Shown: piece after piece, positions 1 through 11,340 of the stretch
Layout: each line of letters opens with the position of its first letter
Numbering within the stretch: the first letter of the stretch is position 1
Assembly: GCA_030141605.1 (NCBI GenBank)
Contig: JAQGDQ010001854.1
Location: forward strand, 1-23,292
DNA length: 23,292 bases
Origin: Tubiluchus corallicola
Lineage: Eukaryota; Animalia; Priapulida
Direction: 5' to 3'
The notes under the pieces: model-generated
What the model saw: the letters and a program-made list of their open reading frames with translations, nothing else
Database searches by the model: none
What the model was told of the DNA's origin: nothing
Position numbers and translations under genes: made by a program

Positions 1-144
1 TCTAGTTCGAAACCAGCTTCGTATAAAGAATAAAACTATTTTTATTCAATTTCGCCGTGTTCTGTAAGCTAATTCGTGTTTTTGATCGATCAACTTATAA
101 TAAATTCGCAACAGCTCAAGGGTTAAAGAAGAACCCCCCATACA

Positions 145-158
145 TGGCTACGCCCCTG
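145..158. mobile_element. Possible right terminal inverted repeat of a hAT-like MITE whose left end lies outside the window
   Basis: TGGCTACGCCCCTG is the reverse complement of CAGGGGCGTAGCCA, a common hAT-type MITE terminus. Partner TIR and TSD are not visible. A piggyBac-like end (CAAGGG-TTAA, 117-126) lies just upstream. Confidence 0.3.
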
Positions 159-348
159 TGACATTTATTACGAGAGCAAAAAGTCATTCGGTTTCACCTA
201 CTTATGAGTTTAGGCACCACTAAAGCAAGAATGATAAGTTAGCAGCCTACAACTGTCACGCTAAATTTTTGTCACTTTTAACCTCTGAAATGGTACTGAA
301 AGGTGTGCTTACTGAGAGAAATCTAACGGTAATGATGATGGATTATAC

Positions 349-1183
349 GCAGGTGTTAGAGGAAACTCTTAGGTAGCAGTTGTTAGAGGAAACTCTTATG
401 TTTGCAAGTGTTAGAGGAAACTCTTAGGTTGCTGTTGTTGGAGGATACTCTTAGGTAGCAAGTGTTAGAGGAAACTCTTATCTTGCAAGTGTTAGCGGAA
501 ACTCTTAGGTTGCTGTTGTTAGAGGAAACTCTTAGGTTTGCAAGTGTTAGAGGAAACTCTTAGGTTGCAAGTGTTAGAGGAAACTCTTAGGTAGCAGTTG
601 TTAGAGGAAACTCTTATGTTTGCAAGTGTTAGAGGAAGCTCTTAGGTTGCAAGTGTTAGAGGAAACTCTTAGGTTGCTGTTGTTAGAGGAAACTCTTAGG
701 TTGCAAGTGTTAGAGGAAACTCTTAGGTTGCTGTTGTTAGAGGAAACTCTTAGGTAGCAAGTGTTATAGGAAGTTCTTAGGTTGCAAGTGTTAGAGGAAA
801 CTCTTAGGTAGCAAGTGTTAGAGGAAACTCTTAGGTTGCAAGTGTTAGAGGAAACTCTTAGGTTGCTGTTGTTAGAGAAAACTCTTAGGTAGCAAGTGTT
901 ATAGGAAGCTCTTAGGTAGCAAGTCTTAGAGAAAACTCTTAGGTAGCAAGTGTTAGAGGAAACTCTTAGGTTGCAAGTGTTAGAGGAAGCTCTTAGGTTG
1001 CTGTTGTTAGAGGAAACTCTTAGGTAGCAAGTGTTATAGGAAGTTCTTAGGTTGCAAGTGTTATAGGAAACTCTTAGGTTGCAAATGTTAGAGGAAACTC
1101 TTAGGTTGCTGTTGTTATAGGAAACTCTTAGGTAGCAAGTGTTATAGGAAACTCTTAGGTTGCAGGTGTTAGAGGAAACTCTT
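349..1183. repeat. 27-bp minisatellite, about 31 units
   Basis: Consensus GTTAGAGGAAACTCTTAGGTTGCAAGT with recurrent variants (TAGCAAGT, TTGCTGTT, TAGCAGTT; TATAGG for TAGAGG; a few 28-bp units). Both ends carry the identical 22-mer GCAGGTGTTAGAGGAAACTCTT (349-370, 1162-1183). Confidence 0.97.
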
Positions 1184-3117
1184 CTGCTGCAATGATAATG
1201 CAAACTAAAAGCTGAAGTTGTAAAAAAGAGGAAAGTTAAGTTGGGGAGTTGCTCGTGTCTTGCGTAGTTACCATAATTTTACCATGTCCTCTAAATGAGT
1301 GAGTTATTATACGCTTTCGCCACACTGCTTAATTTTGAAAACAACGAGTGTTCTATGTTTTGTCTACCGTCTTTCTGTCCTTCAAAACCGTTTCCAATGT
1401 CACCCCAATTTTCCGTCATCGCGTGAAAATCAAAAGAGCAAGTCGTAGAAATTTCAGTCCATTCTCCAGTGCTGTAAACAGACAATAACCACCATATTTA
1501 ATGTCACAAAATCGATTGCAGTATCTCCGAGTACAACTATTGAACGCATTCCGCATGCATGAGTGTAATTAGTGTACAATAGGTGGCGTGTGGGCGGGGC
1601 AGTTAGGCTTAAAAGCTACATGAAATTGAATATAATTATGGATTAATACGTATTGTGCATAGGCGTTATTGTTAACAGGTTCAAGGCATAAATGAAAATG
1701 GCTATTCACACACAGTAACTGGACCGTATCGTGAATTCACGGTGATTGTGGGTACGTGGATGGAGCTTTGCTAACGTTCTAGCTTCAAAATGGCTGACGT
1801 TTAATACATGCATTTCTTTTACAAAGCAGTAACTTGAATAGGCTTCGCTTAATCCACGTATTTATTCATGAGTACGAACAAACGAACGAACAAACAAACA
1901 GAAATAAAAAGCTGGAAACCGCAAAATTGGTTTAAATTGAGTTTTTCTAAGTAGCAAATTTGTGCAACATTTACAATGTTACACGTAAAATTAGCTGTCA
2001 ACTCACTATTATCTTATTCGGACTGCCTTTCTTTATTCTCTATTAGCGCTGAAATATAAAAATCTAAGTAACGAAAAGTAAAGATTGAAGGAGTGACGTT
2101 CTAGATGCTATATATAGCAATCATCAATATATGCGCAATTATTTACTTAAGCAGCTAAACTGTTTGCCACTTTTGCCACAAGATACATTGCACATAATTA
2201 AACGAGGTGGTTAAGCAAGCTTTCAAAGTGTAGAATAAACATGAGTCCTACCACTAGTGCTTATAATCAGTGAAATTTATGTAATGTAAAGCATGTTTCT
2301 GTTAATTGTGTCATGTCAAATGTATATATATTGTGTAAAATATGTCATGCAAAATTTAATGTACTTTTGTAATATTGTTTTGTAAAAATATTTTAATATG
2401 GTGTTTGTAAATATGTTCATTTATTGTATATAATTAGGCCTTAGTTTTGCACTTTAGTTTTTTTTAGTCTGCACTGGACGCATTTGTCTTGAACAGTGTT
2501 GTTATTTTAACATTACGCTGAGGCTTGCTCAATTTTATTATAATGAGTGAACCATTTTAATGACAAATAAAGAATTAATATATAATATATACATATATAT
2601 ATGCGTGTACTTCACAGACAAAATAGCAAGTATCACAAGTAATCGTTTTCAAGTAATTGTTTAATAATTCGTCTTGACGGTCTTTTTGTAACATTTTTGT
2701 AGCTTTTTCTGCAGCTCCAATCAAATTGTTAAGTAAACTTGTAATATGGCAGATTTAGTACTCAGTAAGTTTCATAGTCTAATCAATGTATACAAAAATA
2801 GGCCCAGATACGATAATTCCACACGCATCGGAACACCTGGCCCTCTCCCATACCAATTCTGTAATCTACATTCGCCTTGTAAACATTAGAAGAAAGAAAT
2901 TTGATTAATACTTCTGCTGAGATAGCAGTAAATTTCTACCTGTCAAAGTAGAGTGTTCAATACAGCAGACCTTGACGCGGTATACTAATTATTATTGAAT
3001 TAACATTGGAGTTTCAAAGTAATTTTGTGATTAAAACTGAGTTAGCCTACACGAGTGTCTGCTTGGAGAATGTAAAGCGTCACAAATGCTGCTTTAATCC
3101 AAGGAGTTTTTTAAGTG

Positions 3118-3586
3118 TTAAAGCTCAAAAAACATTCTTCATACGAAACTCTGAAATAATTCGTCTTGAAATTTTACGTCACTTGCATTGCATACAGAAC
3201 GTGTGTTAGCAGTAACGCTGTATGAAAGTTTAAATTCCCGCGATGATCGTTAGGCGCAGCCATTTTAGCGGTAAGTCGTTTGAAACAAGTTTAGATAGCA
3301 TTAGCATAAAGTTTAAAAAGATAATCAGAGCACTGGTAGCATACTCCTGTACTCTTGTACGTTTTTCTCTTCGTTAAATAAGCAAAAATTTAAATAACTT
3401 TATTAAAAAGATTAATCATGTGTCTTTTGGTGAATCAGTGATGCACGCTGGGATGGCAATGGACTCCCGTCTTACTAGGTTTTAAATTATTAACAGGTTC
3501 CTTTTGTAATTACGTAAATCTTTCAAACAGCTAAGCGTGATGCAAAATACTATAACTTTGTTTGAAAAGTTCTTCGGGATATACAT
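3118..3586 (+). mobile_element. Old interspersed repeat, copy A (about 470 bp; possibly a Kolobok-like MITE)
   Basis: Collinear with 11258-12954 and 13164-13646, sharing blocks GTCTTGAAATTT, GCAGCCATTTT, GTTTAGATA, TAAAGTTT..AAA..ATAATCAGAGCA, GGTGAATCAGTG and TATAACTTTGT. Starts at TTAAAG. The degenerate inverted termini and superfamily call are inference. Confidence 0.7.
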
Positions 3587-4008
3587 GTGCTTGAGAATTC
3601 CCTTTTTCCCTTTAAAGCAAAACTAGACTCAATCTTAAACTGTAGGTCGTATTTCGCCATTCGGGCACTAATTAGACGGGCACCAGCGCCTACATTTTGG
3701 AAACGCATCCCACAAAAAACAGGTATTGCACCTGTCAGTTCAGATGTGTTAGTTTGTGACGAACTACACACGTTCGACGCTCATACTTGAGTACAGCGGT
3801 AAATTTAAAATTTGATCTTTTACGTTAAATCCTGCCGAGTTTTAGTACGATACACTGAATCTCTTGCAGTAGCACTGTACTTCAATTTTCGTTTTCGCAA
3901 ACACGTGCAACACGCTCGTGGAATATTTTTGTTGTTGAAGTTTCTATCTGATATGAAATGCATCAGTCTTAAATATTCGTACATTAATATTTTCTAATCG
4001 TCATTTTC

Positions 4009-4156
4009 TACTAATGTCTAATGTAATCTTGTAGTAAAACTTGTGAGCTTGTGTAGTTATAGTCTATTCTGACTGTAAATGTTACTAATGTCTAGTGTAA
4101 TCTTGTAGTAAAACTTGTCAGCTTGTGTAGTTATAGTCTATTCTGACTGTAAATGT
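4009..4156. repeat. Tandem duplication, 2 x 74 bp
   Basis: TACTAATGTCTA(A/G)TGTAATCTTGTAGTAAAACTTGT(G/C)AGCTT...CTGACTGTAAATGT starts at 4009 and at 4083, with two mismatches. Confidence 0.95.
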
Positions 4157-4535
4157 TTTTGTAAATAGTGTGTGTGTTTATGTGTGTCTTTGTAAAGTCT
4201 GTTGTGGTGAGGATCCTAAATCATGTTGTTCAAACGGTGTGATCCAATCCTATAATAAATTATGTTTAAACTAAAGCATACGATAAGAAGTAGATTATTT
4301 GACAATCTTTACATTTGGCAAACAGAATATCACAAGTTTATACCATAGTTACTAAAGACATTTCTGACTTTTCTACTTTAGCAATGTCTTCTAAGAACAC
4401 TACATGACTTTTACAATCTTAAACTGCAGGTCAAAACAATCTGCTCTTTAAAATATTGAAAGGAAACCGTTTTTGTTGTATTAATGGTGTTAATTGCCAA
4501 TAGTATGTCAAAAATCATCCTGCCTTCCTTTAAAG

Positions 4536-4885
4536 CAGTGGTTCCCAAAGTAGGGGTAAATTATCCCCCGGGGGTAATATGGTTTTTTGGGGGGTAACGG
4601 ACACCCCTCTGAAAATTTTTAAAACTTCGCTCGGAATGCATTTTACGTAGTTCTCTTCTTGAAGAGACTGAAGGTTCAGTAATTGTAATTCTTGTTTTGG
4701 CAATAATACAACAACAACACCTGGAAATTTATTTATGTCACGAGCAAACATGAATAATTTTGCTTGCTTGTGGCATATACGTGTGTTTACTTTTTGAGTT
4801 GGAGAGGTAGCACTAGGTGGGGGGTAATGGACACGACCGGGTTTCCCGATTTGGGTAACGGTCAGAGAAAGTTTGGAAACCACTG
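4536..4885. mobile_element. hAT-superfamily MITE (350 bp)
   Basis: TIRs CAGTGGTTCCCAAA / TTTGGAAACCACTG (13/14). Perfect 8-bp TSD CTTTAAAG (4528-4535, 4886-4893). Repeated subterminal GGGTAA motifs near both ends. Confidence 0.93.
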
Positions 4886-4957
4886 CTTTAAAGTGATAAA
4901 TAACACGAGAAAAGTTGCATATAACATTTAGTTAGACATCCGATGATGTTGCTAAAA

Positions 4958-4978
4958 CTTTTGTTTTGTTTGTTGCAG
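4958..4978 (+). promoter_or_regulatory. Splice acceptor preceding the bHLH coding exon (5'-UTR intron)
   Basis: T-rich tract CTTTTGTTTTGTTTGTTGCAG ending at AG 4977-4978. In-frame TGA at 4985-4987 precedes the ATG at 5009. Confidence 0.7.
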
Positions 4979-5008
4979 CATCACTGAGTGAGTGATTCAC
5001 AAAACGTG

Positions 5009-5548
5009 ATGGTAAGATCGAAAACGGCGAAGGAAGGTGGCGGCAAAGTGGCGCAGGCATCGCCGTTAAACAGTGCCCTTCCGGATGAAGCCGGGTCGCA
5101 ATCCTGGATGTCAGAGTCGTGGAAGAGGACCTTCGTGGAAGTGGACGTGGAAGGCGATACCGACCTGGATTCCAGTTCCAGTAGTGGAAAGCGGAAAGCG
5201 AAGCGAGGAAAGAGCATGGGCCGGCGACGGCGCACCGGAGTCAACGCGAGGGAGCGAAATGCGCGGCGGATCGAGAGCAATGAACGAGAACGGCAACGGA
5301 TGCATTCCCTAAACGACGCATTCCAGTCATTACGTAATGTCATTCCGCACGTGAAATGCGACCGAAAACTGTCAAAAATTGAAACATTGACTCTGGCCAA
5401 AAACTATATCACCGCCCTGACAAACGTCATATTAGACATTACTGGTGACAGAACAGTGAAAAACGACCAAACTGAAGCGTTTAACGAAGACATGGACGCT
5501 TCTCCTTCTTCTTCTTCTTCGACGCCTAGTCCCGAATCAGCATCGTGA
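5009..5548 (+). CDS. BHLHA15: Mist1/Dimmed-family bHLH transcription factor (179 aa, single coding exon)
   Basis: Domain [53 protein letters not shown] has the ESNERER and VIPHV...[14 protein letters not shown] signatures of MIST1/Dimmed. GC-rich ORF. First ATG at 5009 (the ORF track begins at an upstream GTG); stop TGA 5546-5548. Confidence 0.93.
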   Translation: MVRSKTAKEGGGKVAQASPLNSALPDEAGSQSWMSESWKRTFVEVDVEGDTDLDSSSSSGKRKAKRGKSMGRRRRTGVNARERNARRIESNERERQRMHSLNDAFQSLRNVIPHVKCDRKLSKIETLTLAKNYITALTNVILDITGDRTVKNDQTEAFNEDMDASPSSSSSTPSPESAS

Positions 5549-5636
5549 ACACTAACCTCGTATGTTGTTCCACGTGTATTATGTTCGTTGTGGATCGAGT
5601 CTTCCCCTAGTGTAGAAGTTCCGCGCATTGTGATAA

Positions 5637-5769
5637 GGATCTAAAGAAACTGGATCTAAATATTCGAGAGAATTTAGAGTTGAATGAACGATGGCTGGAT
5701 CTAAAGAAACTGGATCTAAATATTCGAGAGAATTTAGAGTTGAATGAACGATCGCTGGATCTAAGAAAC
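5637..5769. repeat. Tandem duplication, about 2.2 x 60 bp, in the probable bHLH 3' UTR
   Basis: GGATCTAAAGAAACTGGATCTAAATATTCGAGAGAATTTAGAGTTGAATGAACGAT(G/C)GCT at 5637 and 5697, with a partial third copy at 5757. Confidence 0.95.
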
Positions 5770-6715
5770 GTTTCAGGTAGAGTTAGTAATAAGATGTACC
5801 ATGAGTCATTTGGTGTGGTAAGGTGATCCACTACAGTGGAAGTGTATGGCATAGCAGAGAAGTAAAAACTCCAGTGGATCGTCTCTCCCTTCCTGACTCC
5901 CCTCCCCTGTGCAACTCTTCATCTCTGACTATTGACCGTGCATCTTTTTCCTACCTTTACTGCGTCAGAAGACACGGCCATCTATCATCCTAATCGAGTT
6001 TACATAATGTCGTAGTCTATAATTGGAACTCTATTATGTTTATCCAAACACTGCGTGTTGTCCGCGAGGAATATGGCTGCCGAACGATAACAAAATTTGA
6101 AGCCAGCGCGCGCGGGCTACCTTTCAATTAAATTACTTTGAAGATTACAACGCAGCGGTAGATCAAAGCTATCGTGCGGGTGTATCAATCACAATTAGTG
6201 TTGAAAAGCGCCTGCTAAAGGAAGCGAGGGTTTCGAGAATTTTATTTCCGTAATGAACACTGATTTTTTTTCCTTCCTGCCCATCAACCACCTACTGTTT
6301 CTTTGTGTGCACGTTAAAGATGGAAAAAATGAGGTAAAGAAAAAGAAGCCAGTTTGGAAAAATTGGCACAGCTAATCAGTTTCTTCGAGACAATCAGTTT
6401 CTTCGGGATCTTGTAGAATAATTGAACATGACGCATTACGTACCATTGATTATACGAACGTAAACTAACCTTTTTATTTTAAACGAGTAATTTAAACTTT
6501 GTCTTAAAAGGGAATTGGAAGTTACTGCTGAAAAACGCTGAACACATCGAAGCCAAACAAAAGGAAGGCGCACAGACATACAATTTAGTAAGAATTTAAT
6601 AATTTATGGTAAAACTACACAGGACGTCTGAAAGTACTGGGGGTTTTATTTAGCATAAACAAACGTATTACCTAGTGCGGTAATATACAGATGAAATTTC
6701 CAAAGTAAGAAAGGT

Positions 6716-7416
6716 GATGTTCGTGCTTCGAATCGAAGATGGCCATAGTGACAGGGATAAAAGGTCAGTTTGGGAGGTTGTCATTCCTTTGATGAGCTCG
6801 AAGGTGACTGAGTAGGTCAATTCTGGCCTGGAAATTTCTTTGGCATTTGGCACAGGCGAGGCTGGGTGTTTGGACCTGTTGTTGGGCAGTGTCACATGCC
6901 TTGCATCTCCTGCGCTTCTCCTCTGCCTCCTCAATTCTTTTCGCCTCTGCTGTCTTAGCCCCTGTGGTGATGGCACTCCGCCATGCTGAGCGATTTGGTC
7001 AAGGGTTTCCATTGAGCGGATATCCATGCTGAGCTCCTTGAGTGAGGTCTTCAGACTGTCTTTGAAGCGTTTCCTTGGTCGTCCAACCTTTCTCTTTCCA
7101 GACACAAGTTCTCCATAGAGCATCTTCTTTGGTATGCGGTTGTCTGGCATGCGAATCACATGTCCTGCCCACTGAACTTGTGTTTTGAGGAGGAGTGTAT
7201 GGATGCTGGGGAGGTCAGCTCTTTTAAGTACCTCTGTGTCTGGCACCTTCCTGCCACTTGATGTGCACGACTTTCCTCAGACAGCCCATGTGAAAGCGGT
7301 TAAGCTGATTTACGTGTCTTCTGCATAAAGTCCAGGATTCACTGATGACGACAGCTCTATACACCTTCAATTTTGTGGTGGTTCTGATGCCTCTCCTGTC
7401 CCATACGTTGGAGCGA
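6716..7416 (-). mobile_element. 5'-truncated RTE-clade LINE fragment with frameshifts
   Basis: Translates to the RTE C-terminus (TKLKVYRAVV, ESWTL, LNRFHMGCLR, PDTEVL, WAGHVIRMPDNRIPKKMLYGEL, GRPRKRFKD). 3' stem-loop CTTCGA-T-TCGAAG. Perfect 14-bp TSD AAAGTAAGAAAGGT (6702-6715, 7417-7430). Confidence 0.93.
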
Positions 7417-8413
7417 AAAGTAAGAAAGGTAGTTTAATTTTATATAGCAAGTCTTGTGAGAAATTTCAATAAACCCAAACTTCCTTACTTCAGGCAGCAA
7501 TGAAACGCGCGAAATCTACGATATTTAATCTCTTGCGTAGTTTCAATGTAAATTTAGAGCACTAAGCAGCGTGATCATTAAAGCTTGCTCCTATTCGTTT
7601 TAATTACTGCGTCTTTCGAAACAAATAATTAGTATCGATCAGGAAACAGCTAATAATTAATCTTTGCTGTATAATAGAAGCTTGCCAGGATTAGGCAAGT
7701 TTTTGAAGCCATATCTATGTGAACAAAACTACTAGAGAAGCCATGTACTAGTTTCCGTTTCAGCTTTTCGAGATATAGATAAAACCCTTTACCGCCTCCA
7801 TTTGAACAACGCGACTAAAGATGCGGATGTCAGATTATTGCAAGTTTTAAACAGGATCAGGATACGCTAGTAGTATTTCAACGCAGCTTCCAAAATGAGA
7901 CAAACTCGCTTGATCGATTTTGGAAAAAATATTTACTTCGTTGTTCGTTAAAAATCTGGAGTTCCGTTTTAACACGATACATGTCATAAATACAATCGCG
8001 GATAAGATTCAATTATTTAATACAAAAGGATTTATTTGAAACTATAAATTGTTCATCACACATAAAATCGAATTTTGCCACTGGAACAAAAATGTCGCTA
8101 CAACGTGAAACAAAATATGGCGCACACACCTCGAACAAAAAACACAATATGCAAAATCTTCGTGACATAGTTTTACACATGTTCTCTTAATATCGGACTA
8201 AAACATTTACAAAACTAGCCGAGGGCTCGAGACCTCCCAACGATTGGCGAAAAGTAAAAATGTCGTATATCGGCATAATATCGCCCGTCCTCTAACCTTT
8301 TATTATTATCATTTGGTTTCTTTATTAACTGTTCTGCTAACATTATTTTGACGGATTAACTCGCAACAGTGTCAAACTGACGAATTGCAATGCCACACAA
8401 TGCAAATTTGATT

Positions 8414-8490
8414 TAGTAGTAGTAGTAGTAAAATCTTTATTTGCCATTTTAAAAACACTGACTATTTTAAAAACATTTAAAAACATTTAA
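8414..8490 (-). mobile_element. Possible short LINE/SINE 3' tail remnant
   Basis: Minus strand reads ATGGCAAATAAAGATTTT followed by (ACT)n. AATAAA plus a microsatellite tail is typical of CR1/L2-type ends. A similar ATGACAAATAAAGAATT lies near 2560 (+). Confidence 0.35.
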
Positions 8491-9475
8491 GTCTTCGATT
8501 AAACTTTATAAACGTTTGAACTTGCTACAATAATTATAACGGTTATATTCTCCTAGGTTTTTAGCTCCACTACAGATACAGTAGAATTTTTTCACGTGCA
8601 GTCGAACAACCCTCGTAAATTAAAGCCAGTCCATTTATTTATACGCACGAAACTCGGTTAGTTACGCCAACAATTCCGAGTTTAATTTAACTTTACGCTT
8701 GAATTAACATTTTATTGCCAGTAGCACTGAAGCACGGAGTCGTGGTTAACAATAAATTCTGCTTCATTCATTAACCCGTTAGCTGGCGCTAGTGTGAAAA
8801 AACTGCTATCCGAATCAGGTCAGTGGTTACAAGAAAAACTTCAGATTCTAGTTGTTTTATTTCTCCAGAAGCTGAGGAGGTCACGATTTCGAAAAAAATG
8901 CGCTCGACATGGGACAGTAGCAAAATTATCACAGCTCTCAATGGCCTGTGTTTAGTGCATTTTATGAGAATACAGCTAGTACACGCCCAACAAATTTATG
9001 ATTTCGTATGAAGTCACTAATGTTTCTGAAACATTTAAACCTTTGTTTCTCCAGTAATTTAGCAAAGTGCTTATTTCGCATATTGGTTTTTCCTTTTAAT
9101 AAATCACACGCCTAACGACATGCGTTGTATAATTTCTCGAACAAATAGAGGCTATAATGAAAACGGAATATCACAAGTAAGATTTCGTAATTCCACTTCC
9201 TACAGCCAACTATATCTCTGATCTGATCATGGAGGTTTATAGGATTACCGTCGTATAAATGATGACAACCGACTTATATTATAATACCCACTCGTCACTG
9301 TAATACAGTCGACAATAATTACAGACATTGGGACAATTATAAAAGGCCAGTCATTTAGATGAAAATCATGCATTTCAAGCTGAACTTAAGTGATTGATTA
9401 GTATCTTCTAGTTTGACGCCTTCAGTGCTTCCTGATTTTTCCAATTACTTACTCGACATTCACTAATTACTACTA

Positions 9476-9661
9476 CAGGGTGTTCTAACAGAAACAGGGC
9501 GGTCAGGGTTGCGGAAATGTACACTCAGATATGCTGAAATACGTCAACCAAATCGCATTAAAATTCTCAGAAATGTAAAAGGATACAATAAATTTGTTTT
9601 TTTACATTCGAATATAGCATAACCACATTTTCTAGTGCACCGTTTCTTTTGGAACACCGTG
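9476..9661. mobile_element. Tc1/mariner-type MITE (186 bp)
   Basis: TIRs CAGGGTGTTCTAACAGAAAC / GTTTCTTTTGGAACACCGTG (17/20), flanked by TA on both sides (9474-9475, 9662-9663). Confidence 0.8.
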
Positions 9662-9989
9662 TATCAAAGTCTGTTATTATTAGGGCAAACAGAACACTTT
9701 GTCGTCTACTGTATCTTAAAAGTGTTTAGACATAGGTATGCATATAAAACCCTATTAGTTGCTAGACTGAATAAAAATCTAGTTTTAGTTATGATAGACT
9801 GTCGTCCCCTCCCCTTGTAGGAAAGCTGCTGTGATTAGTATGATGTAGCCCTGGTAGCTACAATTTAGCATTTACTGTAGGCAATATGATTAACTATAAT
9901 AGATCGTTTAATTTAATAGATAAACTGACAGCATTTCACGCTTCCAGCACTGCAAGTTGGCACTTCCAGTTGTACTGTAAACAACATGG

Positions 9990-10008
9990 TGGCGCCATCT
10001 GCTGCTGG
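9990..10008 (-). promoter_or_regulatory. Candidate CTCF-binding site
   Basis: Minus strand GCAGCAGATGGCGCCA matches the CTCF core CCASYAGRKGGCRS except at the first base. Lies between the two convergent genes. Confidence 0.35.
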
Positions 10009-10664
10009 CAAAACTAATTGTTTGTGGAATATTTTACGCTGTCGATGCGATTAATGAGACATCTAGTTGATCTTACTAAAAATGCATAAAACGTTGTTGC
10101 CGTGTAAAACTCTCGTCGATTAGCTAATGTATTTACAATTAATTCGCTTTAAGGATAAATGTTCCTTCTAGAAGTTTAGCTCTCTAATTGTATAGAATTT
10201 TATTAAAATTAGAAACTGCACAATTATCCTGCGACAAACTCAGAGACTTCAAAGCTAAACACCATTACACAAATATCTTTGGTCAACAATACACAAATTC
10301 TAATTTACACAATTCTTTATCAAGTTGTAAGAAATGCTGCAATTATCTATATTTTGTACATATTTACCTTGTCAAATGTATATTTTATTAACTATTGGGC
10401 AGATAAATTATATTATTAATGGGAACAATATAATTATGATTGTGGATATGCATATCTAAGTGTATTATATGTACATAAATATATAATATATGTGATCAAA
10501 AAATCTTATATACTTGTACTTGTTTTCATTTTATTAACATCTTTGTATAAATAGTTTACCTTCAGCTTATTAATACTGAATTGGTAATAAATATTTAAAA
10601 TTGCACTAATACAAAAAGCTTAATATACGTACAGCATATTAGAAATTTCCCGAAGTATTTTGAC

Positions 10665-11165
10665 CAGGGGTGTGCAAATTATCTAACTAGCCGGGCCACA
10701 TGAAACTTTCCCGCAATTCCTGCGGGCCACAGGCAGTTTGATCAAGGAGCCAAGTACAGAAAGGCCTAATAATGATTTTTTTGTATGCGACCTGCGTACA
10801 TAATTGCTACTGCACTACTATACTTAAGAAACTATTTTAGAAGTCATTAAAATTTATATTACAAACCATATATTTCTACTTTCAGGACAGATAGTGGTAA
10901 TTTCATTACAATGCATATTAGTAATGTGTATCACACAGTCTGTGTAGTACAGCGACATTAAGCTACAACCGTCCTGTAAGGGTTAATGGCATCCGATCTA
11001 GTAGAAAAAACTACCTGCACTATCTTTGGTATCGTGGCACGGACTTCAGCTGGATACACTCAATTAATCGCCCGGGCCGCACTTTCATTAGTTTGACAAA
11101 TCTCTTCGCGGAAATTCTCTCGGCGGGCTGCAAGTGGCCCACGGGCCGCAATTTAAACACCCCTG
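10665..11165 (+). mobile_element. hAT-superfamily MITE (501 bp), copy 1
   Basis: TIRs CAGGGGTGTGCAAATT / AATTTAAACACCCCTG (14/16). Perfect 8-bp TSD ATTTTGAC (10657-10664, 11166-11173). Subterminal GCGGGC/GGCCC repeats. Reverse-complement homolog of 14182-14682. Orientation is arbitrary. Confidence 0.95.
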
Positions 11166-11340
11166 ATTTTGACTATGAAACTACAAACAGCATATTGCTG
11201 GTATGACCGGCATGAATTTCGAGTGACTTTGTAGTTTTTAAATAGAAATTACTACCGTAAAGGACGAGTAAACACACTTCATAAAATAAAGCTTAAAAAA
11301 TTGTCTTGAAATTTTGCATCACTTACAAGCTATGTTATTA

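Noticed and set aside
349-1183. CRISPR-like array (palindromic constant part plus variable part)
   Set aside because: The variable part is only about 8 nt and recurs as a few variants rather than unique spacers. The context is eukaryotic and there are no cas genes.
601-1203. 200-aa repetitive ORF (SSNTCNLRV)n
   Set aside because: It follows from a stop-free 27-bp unit, and the frame is broken by 28-bp units further along the array. No coding evidence.
1790-3910. XBP1/UPR-type ACGT sites and E-boxes upstream of the Mist1-like gene
   Set aside because: Only scattered 5-6 bp matches, no full ERSE or UPRE, and the first exon and TSS cannot be located.
4981-5628. Overlapping and antisense ORFs around the bHLH gene
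   Set aside because: Shadow ORFs of a GC-rich coding exon with no recognisable motifs.
8771-8790. piggyBac-like left end (TTAA-CCCGTTAGCTG)
   Set aside because: No matching right TIR found downstream. The similar end at 111-126 faces the wrong way to pair with it.
7431-10660. Short ORFs in the intergenic AT-rich region
   Set aside because: 60-70 aa, mostly non-ATG starts, no domain motifs. Expected by chance.
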